Shown in pieces: positions 46,450 to 62,000 of a stretch of DNA of 64,000 bases. Below the pieces are notes generated by a model. It was given only the letters and a program-made list of their open reading frames with translations, did not search any database and was not told the origin of the DNA. Each line of letters opens with the position of its first letter. Position 1 is the stretch's first letter. The position numbers and the translations under genes are program-made. This DNA comes from Spirochaetia bacterium (GTDB lineage: Bacteria; Spirochaetota; Spirochaetia; DSM-2461): positions 352,001-416,000 of the forward strand of contig OY764216.1 in NCBI GenBank assembly GCA_963668315.1, written 5' to 3'.

Positions 46450-46766
46450 TACAGTTTTTCCCCACATTTCTTACAAACCCGGGTTTTGGCGTCATCAGTT
46501 ACCTGAAAACCAATACGGGTAGGTCCGCATTTCTTGCAAAGAATCATTACGTTGGAAATCTGCAGGGGAGCTTCGATTTCGGCAATGCTGCCCTTCTCAC
46601 CTTCCCGCTGGGGTTTCATGGTCTTTTTAACCATGTTAAGCCCTTCAACGATAACTCTTCCTTCCTTTCTGTCAATCTTTAATATACGTCCATCTTTGCC
46701 TTTATCTTTACCGGCAATGATACGTACATTATCACCTTTTTTAAGTTTAACCTTTACATCAGTCAT
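46449..46766 (-). CDS. rplX: 50S ribosomal protein L24
   Basis: KOW '[15 protein letters not shown]', 'EAPL..SNV'. Confidence 0.97.
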   Translation of the reverse strand: MTDVKVKLKKGDNVRIIAGKDKGKDGRILKIDRKEGRVIVEGLNMVKKTMKPQREGEKGSIAEIEAPLQISNVMILCKKCGPTRIGFQVTDDAKTRVCKKCGEKL

Positions 46767-46775
46767 GATTAACTC

Positions 46776-47144
46776 CTAAAGTACTTCCGGCGCAAGGGAT
46801 ACAATTTTCATATATCCCGTATCGCGCAGCTCTCTTGCTACGGGCCCGAAAATACGCTTTCCAACAGGAGCCAGGTTTGCATCAATAATAACACAGGCAT
46901 TATCATCGAAACGGATGTAGGTACCGTCCAACCGTCTATACTCCTTGTGGGTACGAACGATAACGGCTTTCTTTACATCACCTTTCTTAATGGCTGCGTT
47001 GGGCAGGGCATCCTTAACTGATACAACGATGATATCGCCGACAGTTGCGAACTTTCTCTTGCTTCCGCCAAGAACTTTAATACACTGAACCTTTTTGGCA
47101 CCGGAGTTATCCGCAACGTTTAAGTACGTATTATCCTGAATCAT
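46776..47144 (-). CDS. rplN: 50S ribosomal protein L14
   Basis: 'VADNSGAK', '[11 protein letters not shown]', 'SLAPEVL'. Confidence 0.98.
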   Translation of the reverse strand: MIQDNTYLNVADNSGAKKVQCIKVLGGSKRKFATVGDIIVVSVKDALPNAAIKKGDVKKAVIVRTHKEYRRLDGTYIRFDDNACVIIDANLAPVGKRIFGPVARELRDTGYMKIVSLAPEVL

Positions 47145-47160
47145 ATAATCCTCCAGTTAC

Positions 47161-47421
47161 CTATTTGGCTCTTTCGACAATTTCCTGGAGTACCCAGGTT
47201 TTGTCCTTGCTGATAGGTCTGCACTCAAGAATGCGAACCGTATCACCTTCGTTAGCCTCATTATTTTCATCATGGGCTTTGTATTTCACCGACTTGGATA
47301 TATACTTCTTGTAAAGAGGATCAAGCTTGTGGGTAGAAATCTTTACAACGATGGTCTTATCCATTTTGCTGCTGACAACAAGGCCGGTAAAACTTTTTTT
47401 GTTAATTTTCGTATCACTCAT
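47161..47421 (-). CDS. rpsQ: 30S ribosomal protein S17
   Basis: 'VVS.KMDKT', 'AHDE', 'ECRPISK'. Confidence 0.97.
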   Translation of the reverse strand: MSDTKINKKSFTGLVVSSKMDKTIVVKISTHKLDPLYKKYISKSVKYKAHDENNEANEGDTVRILECRPISKDKTWVLQEIVERAK

Positions 47422-47438
47422 TTATTCTACCTCAACCC

Positions 47439-47639
47439 TTATGCCTTTCTCTTACCCGATTCAACTTCGTTGATCAGGGTATTCAGACGGGCGATATTTC
47501 TACGGACAAGTCTCTTTTCCATAGGATTTTCCAGATGTCCCAGAACACTTTCAAAACGGATCTCATGAAGTCTTTTAGAAAGCTCCGTCTTTTTGTTTTT
47601 CATCTCATCCAGGGTAAGGTCATTAAAAGTATCTTTCAT
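47439..47639 (-). CDS. rpmC: 50S ribosomal protein L29
   Basis: 'LENP..R.VRRNIARLNT'. Confidence 0.95.
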   Translation of the reverse strand: MKDTFNDLTLDEMKNKKTELSKRLHEIRFESVLGHLENPMEKRLVRRNIARLNTLINEVESGKRKA

Positions 47640-47642
47640 GTC

Positions 47643-48059
47643 CTAATTCTCCGCATGCTTTTCGACAAACTTGGTCTTGATCGGCAATTTGCTGCCGGCC
47701 AATTCCATAGCCCGTCTGGCAAGAGCAGGATCTACTCCGCCTAATTCGAACATAACCGTTCCCGGTTTAACCACAGCGACCCACTTCTCGGGGGCACCCT
47801 TTCCCTTACCCATTCTCGTTTCGGCAGGTTTCTTCGTGTAAGGTACATCGGGGAAAATCCGAATCCAAACCTTACCGGCCCTCTTACAATGACGAGTCAT
47901 CGCAATACGGGCAGCCTCAATCTGACGGGCTGTAATCCATTGTCTATCCAGAGCGATGAGGCCAAATTCACCAAAGGCAATAGTATTGCCCCTAGTGGCA
48001 TTACCCTTCATGTTACCTCTCATGCGCTTTCTGAACTTCGTCTTTTTGGGACTCAGCAT
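47643..48059 (-). CDS. rplP: 50S ribosomal protein L16
   Basis: 'RQIEAAR', 'TRMGKGKG'. Confidence 0.98.
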   Translation of the reverse strand: MLSPKKTKFRKRMRGNMKGNATRGNTIAFGEFGLIALDRQWITARQIEAARIAMTRHCKRAGKVWIRIFPDVPYTKKPAETRMGKGKGAPEKWVAVVKPGTVMFELGGVDPALARRAMELAGSKLPIKTKFVEKHAEN

Positions 48060-48062
48060 AGC

Positions 48063-48764
48063 CTAACTCCTTGCCTGAGATTTATCTCTCTGTTTTTTTG
48101 CCAAGAGGCCAGCATCGTCATTCTTTTCGTGGCCGTAAACCTCTCCCTGAAAGATCCAGACTTTAACACCGATAACACCAAAAGTAGTGTGAGATTCGGC
48201 AAAACCGTAATCAATATCGGCCCGGAGGGTATGAAGGGGGATTCTTCCTTCCTTCACTTCGAGATTACGTGCCATTTCAGCACCACCGAGTCTACCGGAA
48301 ACCTTGATCTTAATTCCCTGAACGCCGGATTTCATGGCATTCTGAACAGCCATTTTCAGTACGCGTCTGAAAGCGGCACGACCTTTAAGCTGTTTGGCAA
48401 TATTCAGAGCGATTACCTGAGCATCAGCTTCAGGCTTTTTAATCTCTCTTATCTTAATCTGTATTTTCTTATCAGTCAGCTTCTGAAGTCTACCGCTGAT
48501 TTTCTCAATGGTAGCACCCTTTGATCCGATGATAACACCGGGTCTAGCCGTATGGACGATCAAAGTGACCATCTGGGGCTGACGGATAATTTCCACGTCT
48601 CCGATATCGGCACCCTTAGTTTCGGGGTAATTCAGAAACGTTTTTCTAAGCATAAGATCTTCGTGAAGAGTCTTAGCATAGTCACGGGGATCAACATACC
48701 ACCTGGATTTCCAGGTTTTGTTTACACCCAGTCTGAAACCGTAAGGATTTACTTTCTGTCCCAT
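48063..48764 (-). CDS. rpsC: 30S ribosomal protein S3
   Basis: 'MGQKVNP.GFRLG', 'GRLGGAEMAR', 'PLHTLRADIDY'. Confidence 0.98.
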   Translation of the reverse strand: MGQKVNPYGFRLGVNKTWKSRWYVDPRDYAKTLHEDLMLRKTFLNYPETKGADIGDVEIIRQPQMVTLIVHTARPGVIIGSKGATIEKISGRLQKLTDKKIQIKIREIKKPEADAQVIALNIAKQLKGRAAFRRVLKMAVQNAMKSGVQGIKIKVSGRLGGAEMARNLEVKEGRIPLHTLRADIDYGFAESHTTFGVIGVKVWIFQGEVYGHEKNDDAGLLAKKQRDKSQARS

Positions 48765-48766
48765 CG

Positions 48767-49129
48767 TTACTCTCCTGCCTTTCCAATTTCGTCAAGAACG
48801 ACGGAAATATGACTGGTTCTCTTAAGAAGCCGGTCTGCCCTTCCTCTGGAACGGGCCCACATTCTTTTTGCGACCGGTCCGCCGTCAACCATCAACTCAC
48901 TAATGTAGAGCATCTCTTCATCAAGCATGTCGTTCTGGTAAAGCGCGTTAGCAGCGGCAGATTCAACAACCTTCTTCAGATATTTCGCACCCTTGTTGGG
49001 AAGGGCTTCCAGAATGGCAACCGCTTCAACATAGGGTTTTCTGCGAATGTTATCCGCAATAGGTCTGATCTTAAAAGGAGACATGGGTAAATTCGTTACC
49101 TTTGCACTATAACCTTTCTTAGCTTCCAT
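48767..49129 (-). CDS. rplV: 50S ribosomal protein L22
   Basis: 'SAAANA', 'RSRGRA..KRTSHI'. Confidence 0.97.
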   Translation of the reverse strand: MEAKKGYSAKVTNLPMSPFKIRPIADNIRRKPYVEAVAILEALPNKGAKYLKKVVESAAANALYQNDMLDEEMLYISELMVDGGPVAKRMWARSRGRADRLLKRTSHISVVLDEIGKAGE

Positions 49130-49134
49130 ATAAC

Positions 49135-49413
49135 CTATCTCCTAGCCTTCTTATCAGACGCGGCATGTCCGCGATAAGTTCTGGTAGGGGAAAACTCACC
49201 CAGTTTATGACCAACGAGGTTTTCCGTAACATATACGGGAACCCAGGTTTTTCCGTTATATACGGAAATTGTCATACCAACCATCTCGGGGATGATTGTG
49301 GAAGAACGGGAATAGGTTTTAATCATTCCCTTCTTGGCAGCTTCGCTCTCTGCTAGAACCTTTTTATATAAACTCTTTGCCACAAAAGGGCCCTTCTTAA
49401 TTGATCTGGACAT
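49135..49413 (-). CDS. rpsS: 30S ribosomal protein S19
   Basis: '[10 protein letters not shown]', '[11 protein letters not shown]'. Confidence 0.98.
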   Translation of the reverse strand: MSRSIKKGPFVAKSLYKKVLAESEAAKKGMIKTYSRSSTIIPEMVGMTISVYNGKTWVPVYVTENLVGHKLGEFSPTRTYRGHAASDKKARR

Positions 49414-49425
49414 GGCAAACTCCTA

Positions 49426-50250
49426 TTACTTTCTTCTCTTGACAATAAACTTGTCAGAATTCTTGTGTTTCTTTCTGGTTTTGTAACCTCTGGTCGGTTT
49501 ACCCCAGGGAGAAACAGGATGACGTCCTCCGGAAGTTTTACCTTCACCACCACCATGGGGGTGATCCACAGGGTTCATAACAACACCACGAACCTTAGGA
49601 CGTTTACCCATCCAACGAGAACGACCGGCCTTACCGATCTTAACGTTCATGTGATCCTCGTTACCAACTTCACCGATAGTAGCGATACATCTCTTGTGAA
49701 CCATTCTCATTTCACCGGAAGAGAGCTTAAGAGTTACATAATCGCCCTCTTTAGCAGCGATGAGTGCACTTCCACCTGCAGCTCTTACAAGCTGAGCACC
49801 GCGACCGATCTGAAGCTCAACAGCATGAACCAGACGACCGACAGGGATGTTCTCCAAGGGAAGAGCGTTTCCAACTTCGATAGGAGAACCCTTACCGCTC
49901 ATAATCTGATCACCGACTTTCATGCCTTTGGGACAAAGAATATATCTCTTTTCTCCGTCGGCATAGTTGATCAGGGCGATATTGGCACTTCTGTTGGGAT
50001 CGTATTCAACGGAGGCAATCTTGCCGGGAACGCCGAACTTATCTCTTTTGAAGTCAATTGCTCTATATTTTCTCTTGTGTCCACCGCCACGGCGACGAAC
50101 ACTGATTCTTCCGCCGGCACCGCGTCCAGCGTTTTTCGTAACACCCCGGGAAAGGCTCTTTTCCGGTGTGTCTTTGGTAATCTCAGAGTAATCCAGACTC
50201 TGCCTGAATCTCTGGGACGGTGTCCTGGGATTATAAGTTTTCATACCCAT
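49426..50250 (-). CDS. rplB: 50S ribosomal protein L2
   Basis: 'EYDPNRSA', '[13 protein letters not shown]'. Confidence 0.98.
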   Translation of the reverse strand: MGMKTYNPRTPSQRFRQSLDYSEITKDTPEKSLSRGVTKNAGRGAGGRISVRRRGGGHKRKYRAIDFKRDKFGVPGKIASVEYDPNRSANIALINYADGEKRYILCPKGMKVGDQIMSGKGSPIEVGNALPLENIPVGRLVHAVELQIGRGAQLVRAAGGSALIAAKEGDYVTLKLSSGEMRMVHKRCIATIGEVGNEDHMNVKIGKAGRSRWMGKRPKVRGVVMNPVDHPHGGGEGKTSGGRHPVSPWGKPTRGYKTRKKHKNSDKFIVKRRK

Positions 50251-50271
50251 ATTAACAGTCTCCCTTTAACC

Positions 50272-50586
50272 TTACACGCCTTCCAGGATTTCGATTTTAT
50301 CCCCGGGGGCCATGGTAACAACGGCTTTCTTCCATGCGGAAGTAAGTCCGTAACCTCTTTTATAAGTTGTAGCCGAAACGGGCATATTAGCCCTTTTCTT
50401 TCCCCTGACGTTTACAATGTTACAGGAGACGGGCTTAACAGAGTAGAGAGCGTTTATCGCTTTCATAATCTCTACCTTGTTAGCCTTTTTGGCAACCTTA
50501 AATACATATTTCTTCTTATCGCCTTCTTTCAGAACGTTTGACTTTTCTGTAAGAACAGGCTCTAAAATTATCTGACTAGCATCCAT
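50272..50586 (-). CDS. rplW: 50S ribosomal protein L23
   Basis: 'PVLTEKS', 'ANK.EI', 'WKKAVV'; GAGG RBS before ATG 50586. Confidence 0.96.
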   Translation of the reverse strand: MDASQIILEPVLTEKSNVLKEGDKKKYVFKVAKKANKVEIMKAINALYSVKPVSCNIVNVRGKKRANMPVSATTYKRGYGLTSAWKKAVVTMAPGDKIEILEGV

Positions 50587-50594
50587 ACTCAACC

Positions 50595-51221
50595 TCAATT
50601 AGCATAGAAATCATTCAGCTTGAGAGCGGCCCCTTCCAAAACAAGAACATTCTTGCCGTAGAAAAGGTCATGAGCATTCAGTCTGTTGTAAGACAAAATG
50701 TTCACGTTGGCGATATTAGCGCCGGCTCTTTTTACCATGCTGTCGTCATCCTTCAAGATGATGACGGTTCTTTCATCGGAGACCAGGTTTTTGAGTACTT
50801 TAACAAGATCTTTCGTCTTGCCGGACTCAACAGTAAAGTCTTCTACGACTTTAAACTTGGCATCATCCTTAGCTTTAAGGCTCAGAATGGACTTAATAGC
50901 CAATCTCTTTACCTTTCTGGGGAGCTTGTAGCTGTAATCCTTGGGCTTAGGACCAAAGACGATACCACCGCCAACCCAAACAGGAGATCTTTTGTGACCG
51001 GAACGGGCACGACCCGTTCCTTTCTGTCTCCAGGGTTTAGCGCCGCTTCCCTTTACTTCACTTCTGCCTTTTGTGCAGGCAGTTCCAACTCTTCTATTTG
51101 CCAGCTCATTTCTGATAGCGTTGTAAATGGAACCTTCACTTACTTCTCTGGCAAATACGGAATCGCTCAGCTCTACGCTTTTAACTTCTTTTCCGTCTAC
51201 GGAGTAAACTTTCTTTTCCAT
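50595..51221 (-). CDS. rplD: 50S ribosomal protein L4
   Basis: 'KPWRQKGTGRAR', 'GGG..FGPKP'. Confidence 0.98.
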   Translation of the reverse strand: MEKKVYSVDGKEVKSVELSDSVFAREVSEGSIYNAIRNELANRRVGTACTKGRSEVKGSGAKPWRQKGTGRARSGHKRSPVWVGGGIVFGPKPKDYSYKLPRKVKRLAIKSILSLKAKDDAKFKVVEDFTVESGKTKDLVKVLKNLVSDERTVIILKDDDSMVKRAGANIANVNILSYNRLNAHDLFYGKNVLVLEGAALKLNDFYAN

Positions 51222-51224
51222 AGC

Positions 51225-51848
51225 CTACCTCTTCTTCTTTGCCATACGGACAAGTACCATGCTGTCCTTCGTACCGGGAACGGCACCTCTAATGAGGATA
51301 ACGCCCTTTTCCTGGTCTACTTTTACAACGGCGAGATTCTGGACAGTTTTACGTTCGCCACCCATTCTACCGGCCATCTTGGTGCCTTTGATTACCTTCG
51401 AAGGATAAGCGGCCATACCGGTAGAACCATTGGCTCTATGAAACTTGGAACCATGAGTCTTACGTCCACCCTTAAAGTTGTGACGCTTCATAACACCCTG
51501 GAAACCTTTTCCCTTGGTGGTTCCGATTACATCCACATATCTCATCTCATCGAACAACTCTACACCAAAGGAGTCACCGACCTTGCATTCCTTTTCAAAA
51601 CCACGTATTTCTACGAGATGTCTTCTAGGGGCCACATCGCCCTTAAACTGACCAGCATAGGGTTTGGTTACCCGACTCGCTTTCTTTTCCACGGAACCCA
51701 GTACAACGGCTTCGTAGCCGTCCGTTTCTTCCGTCTTGCTGGCAACAACCACATTAGGTTCTACTGCTATGACTGTTACAGGAGTCAATTCGCCATTTGC
51801 GTCGAACACCTGCGTCATTCCGATCTTTTTACCAATCAATCCGATCAT
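51225..51848 (-). CDS. rplC: 50S ribosomal protein L3
   Basis: 'GKKIGMTQ', 'KGKGFQG', 'HGS', 'MAGRMG'. Confidence 0.98.
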   Translation of the reverse strand: MIGLIGKKIGMTQVFDANGELTPVTVIAVEPNVVVASKTEETDGYEAVVLGSVEKKASRVTKPYAGQFKGDVAPRRHLVEIRGFEKECKVGDSFGVELFDEMRYVDVIGTTKGKGFQGVMKRHNFKGGRKTHGSKFHRANGSTGMAAYPSKVIKGTKMAGRMGGERKTVQNLAVVKVDQEKGVILIRGAVPGTKDSMVLVRMAKKKR

Positions 51849-51874
51849 TTTTTTCCTCAATACACCCAACTAAC

Positions 51875-52183
51875 TTACTGTTTGATATCGACATCAACTC
51901 CGGCGGGAAGTTCAAGTCCCATCAGAGCGTCCATTACAGCAGAGGTTGGTTCAAGTATATCAATCAACCTCTTGTGAGTTCTCATTTCGAACTGCTCTCT
52001 AGATTTTTTGTTTACAAAGGTTGATTTCAAAACCGTAAATTTATTGATTTTAGTAGGAAGAGGAACAGGACCAGAAACCCTGGCACCCTTCTTCTGCGCC
52101 GCATCAACAATAGAACGGGCACTTTGATCAACCAACTCTGCGTCAAATCCTCTTAACCTTACTCTAATCTTCTCGTTAGCCAT
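51875..52183 (-). CDS. rpsJ: 30S ribosomal protein S10
   Basis: 'GPVPLPT', '[13 protein letters not shown]'; GGAGG RBS. Confidence 0.98.
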   Translation of the reverse strand: MANEKIRVRLRGFDAELVDQSARSIVDAAQKKGARVSGPVPLPTKINKFTVLKSTFVNKKSREQFEMRTHKRLIDILEPTSAVMDALMGLELPAGVDVDIKQ

Positions 52184-52196
52184 TATTCCTCCGGGA

Positions 52197-52229
52197 GAAA
52201 AAAGCACTCCCCGCTTAACAGGGAGCGCC
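52197..52229 (-). terminator. Intrinsic terminator-like hairpin between tuf and rpsJ
   Basis: GGCGCTCCCTG-TTAAG-CGGGGAGTGCT-TTTTT. Confidence 0.7.
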
Positions 52230-52241
52230 CTCTCCAATCAA

Positions 52242-53429
52242 CTATTCAGTAATTTCAGTAACCTGACCGGAAGCAACAGTTCTACCACCTTCGCGGATAG
52301 CGAACCGAAGTCCCTTATCCATAGCGATGGGGTGAATCAGCTCAGCGGTAATAGTGGTATTATCGCCAGGCATTACCATCTGCTTATCTTCGGGCAGAGT
52401 TACGGTACCGGTAATATCGGTAGTTCTGAAGTAGAACTGGGGTCTGTAACCGGAGAAGAAGGGGTTATGACGGCCACCCTCATCCTTGGTCAGACAATAG
52501 ATAGAAGCGGTAAACTTCTTGTGGGGAAGGATAGAACCGGGCTTACAGAGAACCTGTCCTCTTTCTACCTCTTTCTTATCAACACCACGGAGAAGAGCTC
52601 CAATATTATCACCAGCCTGTCCTTCATCAAGGAGCTTGTTAAACATTTCAACACCGGTACAGGTAGTCTTCTTGGTATCACGTACACCGACGATTTCAAT
52701 TTCGTCACCAACATGAAGAACACCAGCCTCTACTCTTCCGGTTACAACCGTACCACGACCGGAGATGGAAAATACATCTTCGATAGGCATCAGGAAGGGC
52801 TTATCAACAGCTCTTTCGGGAACGGGGAAGTAAGTATCCATTGCATCGAGCAGCTCCTGGATACATTTTGTCTTATCGGCATCTTCGGGAGCAGACATTG
52901 CTTCGAAAGCGGAACCCTTGATAATGGGGGTTTCATCGCCATCGTAACCGTACTCGGAGAGAAGTTCCTGAACTTCCATTTCTACCAGGTCAACCAGTTC
53001 AGGGTCAGCCAGGTCAAGCTTATTCATGAAAACGATCAGCTTGGGTACACCTACCTGCTTAGCAAGAAGGATGTGCTCTCTGGTCTGGGGTTCCGGACCG
53101 GAATCCGCAGCAACGAGCAGAATACCACCGTCCATCTGTGCAGCACCGGTGATCATGTTCTTGATATAGTCGGCGTGACCGGGACAGTCTACGTGAGCAT
53201 AGTGACGAGCTTCCGTCTGATACTCAACGTGACGAGTATTAATGGTAATACCTCTTTCTCTCTCTTCGGGAGCATTGTCGATCTGATCATAAGACATGAT
53301 CTTATCTCCAGACTTAGCAGCACAATACATAGAGATAGCCGCAGTAAGAGTGGTCTTACCGTGGTCTACGTGTCCAATTGTACCGACGTTTACGTGCGGT
53401 TTTGTCCTCGCGAATTTTTCTTTAGCCAT
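52242..53429 (-). CDS. tuf: Elongation factor Tu
   Basis: 'GHVDHGKTT', 'RGITI', 'DCPGHADY', 'NKLD', 'FAIREGG'. Confidence 0.99.
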   Translation of the reverse strand: MAKEKFARTKPHVNVGTIGHVDHGKTTLTAAISMYCAAKSGDKIMSYDQIDNAPEERERGITINTRHVEYQTEARHYAHVDCPGHADYIKNMITGAAQMDGGILLVAADSGPEPQTREHILLAKQVGVPKLIVFMNKLDLADPELVDLVEMEVQELLSEYGYDGDETPIIKGSAFEAMSAPEDADKTKCIQELLDAMDTYFPVPERAVDKPFLMPIEDVFSISGRGTVVTGRVEAGVLHVGDEIEIVGVRDTKKTTCTGVEMFNKLLDEGQAGDNIGALLRGVDKKEVERGQVLCKPGSILPHKKFTASIYCLTKDEGGRHNPFFSGYRPQFYFRTTDITGTVTLPEDKQMVMPGDNTTITAELIHPIAMDKGLRFAIREGGRTVASGQVTEITE

Positions 53430-53464
53430 CGTAAATCCTCCTCGGCTCTTTCAAAAACACAAAA

Positions 53465-53791
53465 AATATTAATTGATCACAATCAATTCATGCCAACACA
53501 AATTGGCACAATGATATTAACAAAAGTCAAGATCATATACAACAGCGCTATGACCCGTTTATATGTTTTTATACAGAAAAATCTTTACGAAAAGGACAAA
53601 GTAAACCGCTTCAGCGATTTTGAGACTCACTAAACTTGTTATCCCCGACAACCAGGAACACTACCTACTGATTAAAATCAGCGGTTTAGCTCAACGCTCC
53701 CCTGCGGGATATCCCATCGAAAGAGGTCTGCATGCAGACATATCGCAGGTCAAAACCTTAATCAGGAGGCCAGTTCAACGAACCGGCTTCC
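53465..53791 (-). ncRNA. Candidate structured RNA/leader between rpsG and tuf (family unassigned)
   Basis: Four successive stem/junction modules visible by complementarity (see findings). Confidence 0.4.
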
Positions 53792-53810
53792 ATCTATCAT
53801 TCTAAAGGTC

Positions 53811-54281
53811 CTACCACTTATAATGACTGAAAGCCTTGTTAGCTTCTGCCATTCTATGGGTATCTTCCTTCTTCTTAAAAGCTGAACCGGTTGAATTAAA
53901 AGCATCAAGCAACTCTGCGCTGAGCTTCTCACCCATGCTTCTGCCGCTTCTGGAACGGGCAGCAGCAATCAACCACCTCATAGCCAGTGCTTCGCGGCGC
54001 ACATCTCTGATTTCAATAGGAACCTGATAGGTGGAACCGCCAACACGGCGAGATTTAACTTCAAAAGAAGGCTTAACATTCTCGACTGCGCCGAGAAATA
54101 CTTCTAAAGCATCCTTCTGAGATTTTTCAGCCATAACTTCCATGGCACTGTACATAACCTTAGCGCTGACGGACTTTTTGCCATCAACCATCATCCGCCT
54201 GATAAACTTAGTTACCACAGGACTGCCATACTTGGCATCGGGACTTACAGGTCTGACAGGAGCTTCTCTTCTTCTAGACAT
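53811..54281 (-). CDS. rpsG: 30S ribosomal protein S7
   Basis: 'DGKKS', '[12 protein letters not shown]', '[11 protein letters not shown]'. Confidence 0.98.
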   Translation of the reverse strand: MSRRREAPVRPVSPDAKYGSPVVTKFIRRMMVDGKKSVSAKVMYSAMEVMAEKSQKDALEVFLGAVENVKPSFEVKSRRVGGSTYQVPIEIRDVRREALAMRWLIAAARSRSGRSMGEKLSAELLDAFNSTGSAFKKKEDTHRMAEANKAFSHYKW

Positions 54282-54289
54282 AACTACCC

Positions 54290-54664
54290 CTAGGCCTTAG
54301 GCTTCTTTGTACCATACTTGGAACGAGCCTGTTTTCTCTTATCGACACCCAGTGCATCCTTAGTACCACGAACAATGTGGTATCTCACACCGGGAAGATC
54401 CTTAACTCTTCCACCTCTCAGAAGAACAACGGAGTGCTCCTGAAGATTGTGGCCAATTCCGGGAATATAAGCAGTAGCTTCATAACCATTGCTCAGTCTA
54501 ACTCTCGCCACTTTTCTCAGAGCAGAATTAGGCTTTTTAGGAGTCATAGTCATAACCCTGGTACAAACCCCTCTTCTCTGAGGACAGGACTGGAGAGCAG
54601 GTGAGTTAGTCTTTTTTACAGAAGCTTTTCTTCCCTTTCTAATCAACTGATTAATCGTCGGCAT
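54290..54664 (-). CDS. rpsL: 30S ribosomal protein S12
   Basis: 'MPTINQL', '[10 protein letters not shown]', 'RVKDLPG'. Confidence 0.99.
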   Translation of the reverse strand: MPTINQLIRKGRKASVKKTNSPALQSCPQRRGVCTRVMTMTPKKPNSALRKVARVRLSNGYEATAYIPGIGHNLQEHSVVLLRGGRVKDLPGVRYHIVRGTKDALGVDKRKQARSKYGTKKPKA

Positions 54665-54713
54665 TGACAATTTTCTCCTTATAATAATTCAACATAAACC
54701 CGGAAGCATAGTG

Positions 54714-54742
54714 ACTATAGCAGAGCGCAATTTATAAGTCAA
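54714..54742 (-). promoter_or_regulatory. Promoter TTGACT-17-TATAGT (extended TG) for rpsL
   Basis: Minus-strand hexamers at 54742-54737 and 54719-54714. Confidence 0.75.
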
Positions 54743-54759
54743 GGCTTCCGAATCCAATT

Positions 54760-59010
<4,251 letters not shown>

Positions 59011-59023
59011 CAAATCCCTCCTC

Positions 59024-62000
59024 TTAGAAGCGGTTATCCTGTCTATTCAGCAGCTCTTCATCCCTTTCGGTAAAGGGAACCTGCTTACCCTTGGAATCAA
59101 AAATTTCCACATCCAGAGCCAATCCTCTCAGCTCCTGAACCAGTACGTTAAACGATTCGGGGATACCGGCGCTCGTTGTGGCGTCGCCCTTGACAATCGC
59201 TTCGTATATCTTGGTCCGTCCCGTCATGTCGTCCGACTTGATGGTCATCAGCTCCTGCAGAGTATTGGCGGCACCGTAGGCTTCGAGAGCCCAAACCTCC
59301 ATTTCTCCCAGACGCTGACCACCGAACTGAGCCTTACCACCCAGGGGCTGCTGGGTAACCAGCGAGTAAGGACCGGTGGAACGGGCATGCATCTTGTCAT
59401 CGACAAGGTGATGCAGTTTCAGATAATACATATATCCGACGAATACCGGGTTGTCCAGAAGATCTCCGGTACGTCCGTCGCGCAGCTGGATTTTTGAAGC
59501 TTCGGGAATACCCGCTTCGGCCAGCTGGTTATTAATCTCTTCGGTGGAAACGGACTGGAATACGGGGGTTTCATACATCTTGCCCAACTGCGCTCCCGCC
59601 ATTCCCAGCATAGTCTCCATGATCTGCCCGATATTCATACGGGAAGGAACACCAAGGGGGTTCAGACAGACTTCCAGGGGAGTACCATCTTCCATGAAGG
59701 GCATGTCCTCTTCGGGGAGAACGAGGGCGACAACACCCTTGTTACCGTGACGACCTGCCATTTTGTCACCCTCTTTCAGCTTCCTCTTGGTAGCCAGAAG
59801 GACTTTTACCACTTCGTCAACACCGGGGCTCAGATCATCACCTTCGGATCTCTTAAGCCTCTGAATATCAATAATGGTACCCTGAGCTCCATGGGGCAGC
59901 CTCAGAGATGAATCTCTCACTTCCTTGGCCTTCTCTCCGAAGATCGAGTTAAGAAGCTTGAACTCGGGAGTGGTTTCCGTCTCGGATTTGGGAGTAACCT
60001 TTCCCACGAGGATATCGCCGGAATGTACTTTGGCGCCCACGCGGATGATACCTTCGGCATCCAGATTCTCCAGGGCCTTATCGGAAACGTTGGGAATATC
60101 CCGCGTCAGCTTTTCAGGGCCGAGTTTGGTTTCACGGATTTCCGTGCTGAACTCTTTAATATGTATGGAGGTATAATAGTCATCCTTGACAACCTTCTCG
60201 GAAATCAGGACGGCATCCTCGTAGTTATATCCGTTCCAGGGAACAAAACCCACCAGCAGGTTCCGACCAAGGGAGAGTTCTCCGTTAGCCGTGGAAGGAC
60301 CATCAGCCAGAACACCGCCTGCGGGAACTTCCTCGCCAAGCTCAACGATGGGCCTGTTGTTGAAACAGGTATCCTGGTTGGTTCTGCGGAACTTCTGAAG
60401 GGGATACTCATCCTTGTCTTCGGGCTTAACCTTTTCGTTGGGCTCAATAACGATCTTGGTGGAGCTTACATAGGTAACCTTACCGGCTCGTTTAGCCTTG
60501 ACGACGACACCCGAATCGTAGGCGGCCCTTCCTTCCATTCCCGTTCCGACGAGGGGGGCCTCGGGAAACATGAGAGGAACGGCCTGGCGCTGCATGTTAC
60601 AACCCATGAGGGCACGGTTGGCATCGTCATGCTCCAGGAAAGGAATAAGGGACGCGGCCGTAGAAATAATCTGACGGGGGGATACGTCCATATAGCTGAT
60701 GTCTTTGGGATCCTGGACGGTATAGTCACCGGACCTTCTAACGGCTACAGCTTTCTCCTGGAAGTGACCTTCCTTATCGATAACGGCACTGGCCTGGGCA
60801 ATGAAATTTCTTTCCTCATCCATGGCCGAAAGATACTCAACCTCTTTGGTGGCCACTCCGTTTACAACCTTGCGGTAGGGAGTCTCAAGGAAACCATAGT
60901 CGTTTACCCTGGTATAGTTTGCCAGCGAGACGATAAGACCGATATTCGGACCTTCAGGCGTCTCGATGGGACACATTCTTCCGTAGTGGGTATAGTGTAC
61001 GTCCCGGACCTCAAATCCGGCTCTGTCCCGGGAGAGACCACCGGGTCCCAAGGCATTCAGACGTCTTTTATGGGTCAGCTCCGCCAGAGGGTTTACCTGA
61101 TCCATGAACTGAGAAAGCTGACTGGAACCGAAAAACTCCTTGATGGCAGCCACAACGGGTTTGATGGAGATCAGATCCTGGGGCTTCAGAGTTTCAACGT
61201 CCTTAAGAGACATTCTTTCCTTGGAGATTCTTTCCATTCTTGTAAATGCCGTCTTGAGGGCATTTTCCAGAAGTTCTCCGACGGATCTGACACGCCTGTT
61301 TCCCAGGTGGTCGATATCATCGACGTTTTCATCGCCTTCATAGACTCTGATGAGCCAGTCCATCGTGCGGGTTATATCTTCCCTGGTCAGGACATGCTCT
61401 TCCATGGAGATTCCATGATCAAATTTCTTGTTTAACTTGTAACGTCCAACCAGACCGAGATCATACCGGCGGGAGGAGAAGAACATGGAGTTCAGATCCT
61501 TTTCGGCATTCTCTATGGTGATGGGCTCACCGGGCATGAGGATGGAGTAAATGGTAGAGATGGCATCGGCCCTGCTGGGCTCATCGCTCACCTCATCGCC
61601 GTTAAAACGGGACTCTTCCCGGTCAAAACAGTTAATGATAACCTGGGAGTTCAAAGAGCCTTCGGCGGTAAAATCGATAACAGAAACGCTCTCAACGCCG
61701 GAATGAACCAGTTCGTCAATATCGTTGGGATAGATTTTTACACCGGCGGGATAAAGCTTTTTCTCTTCTCCGTCGGTCTCAACCATAACGGCTCTTGCCA
61801 GAACTCTTCCGTTAAGAGACTTATCTCCTTCCTTATTGGGAACGACCTTCATCTTCTTCGTCTTGTAGAAGAGATCAATAATCTTCTCGCGGCTGTCATA
61901 ACCGAGAGCCCTCAGAAAAAGAGTTCCGAGTATTTTTTTCTTTCTATCTATCTTGGTATAAATAAGGTCTTTCTTTCCCTCTACCTCGAATTCCAGCCAG

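Noticed and set aside
53430..53810. fusA pseudogene or tRNA in the rpsG-tuf gap
   Set aside because: No EF-G motifs recognised and no tRNA cloverleaf or T-loop pattern seen.
36700..54700. Visibly lower GC than the left part of the window as evidence of horizontal transfer
   Set aside because: The region is core translation machinery in spirochete-type order; codon bias of highly expressed genes is a simpler explanation.
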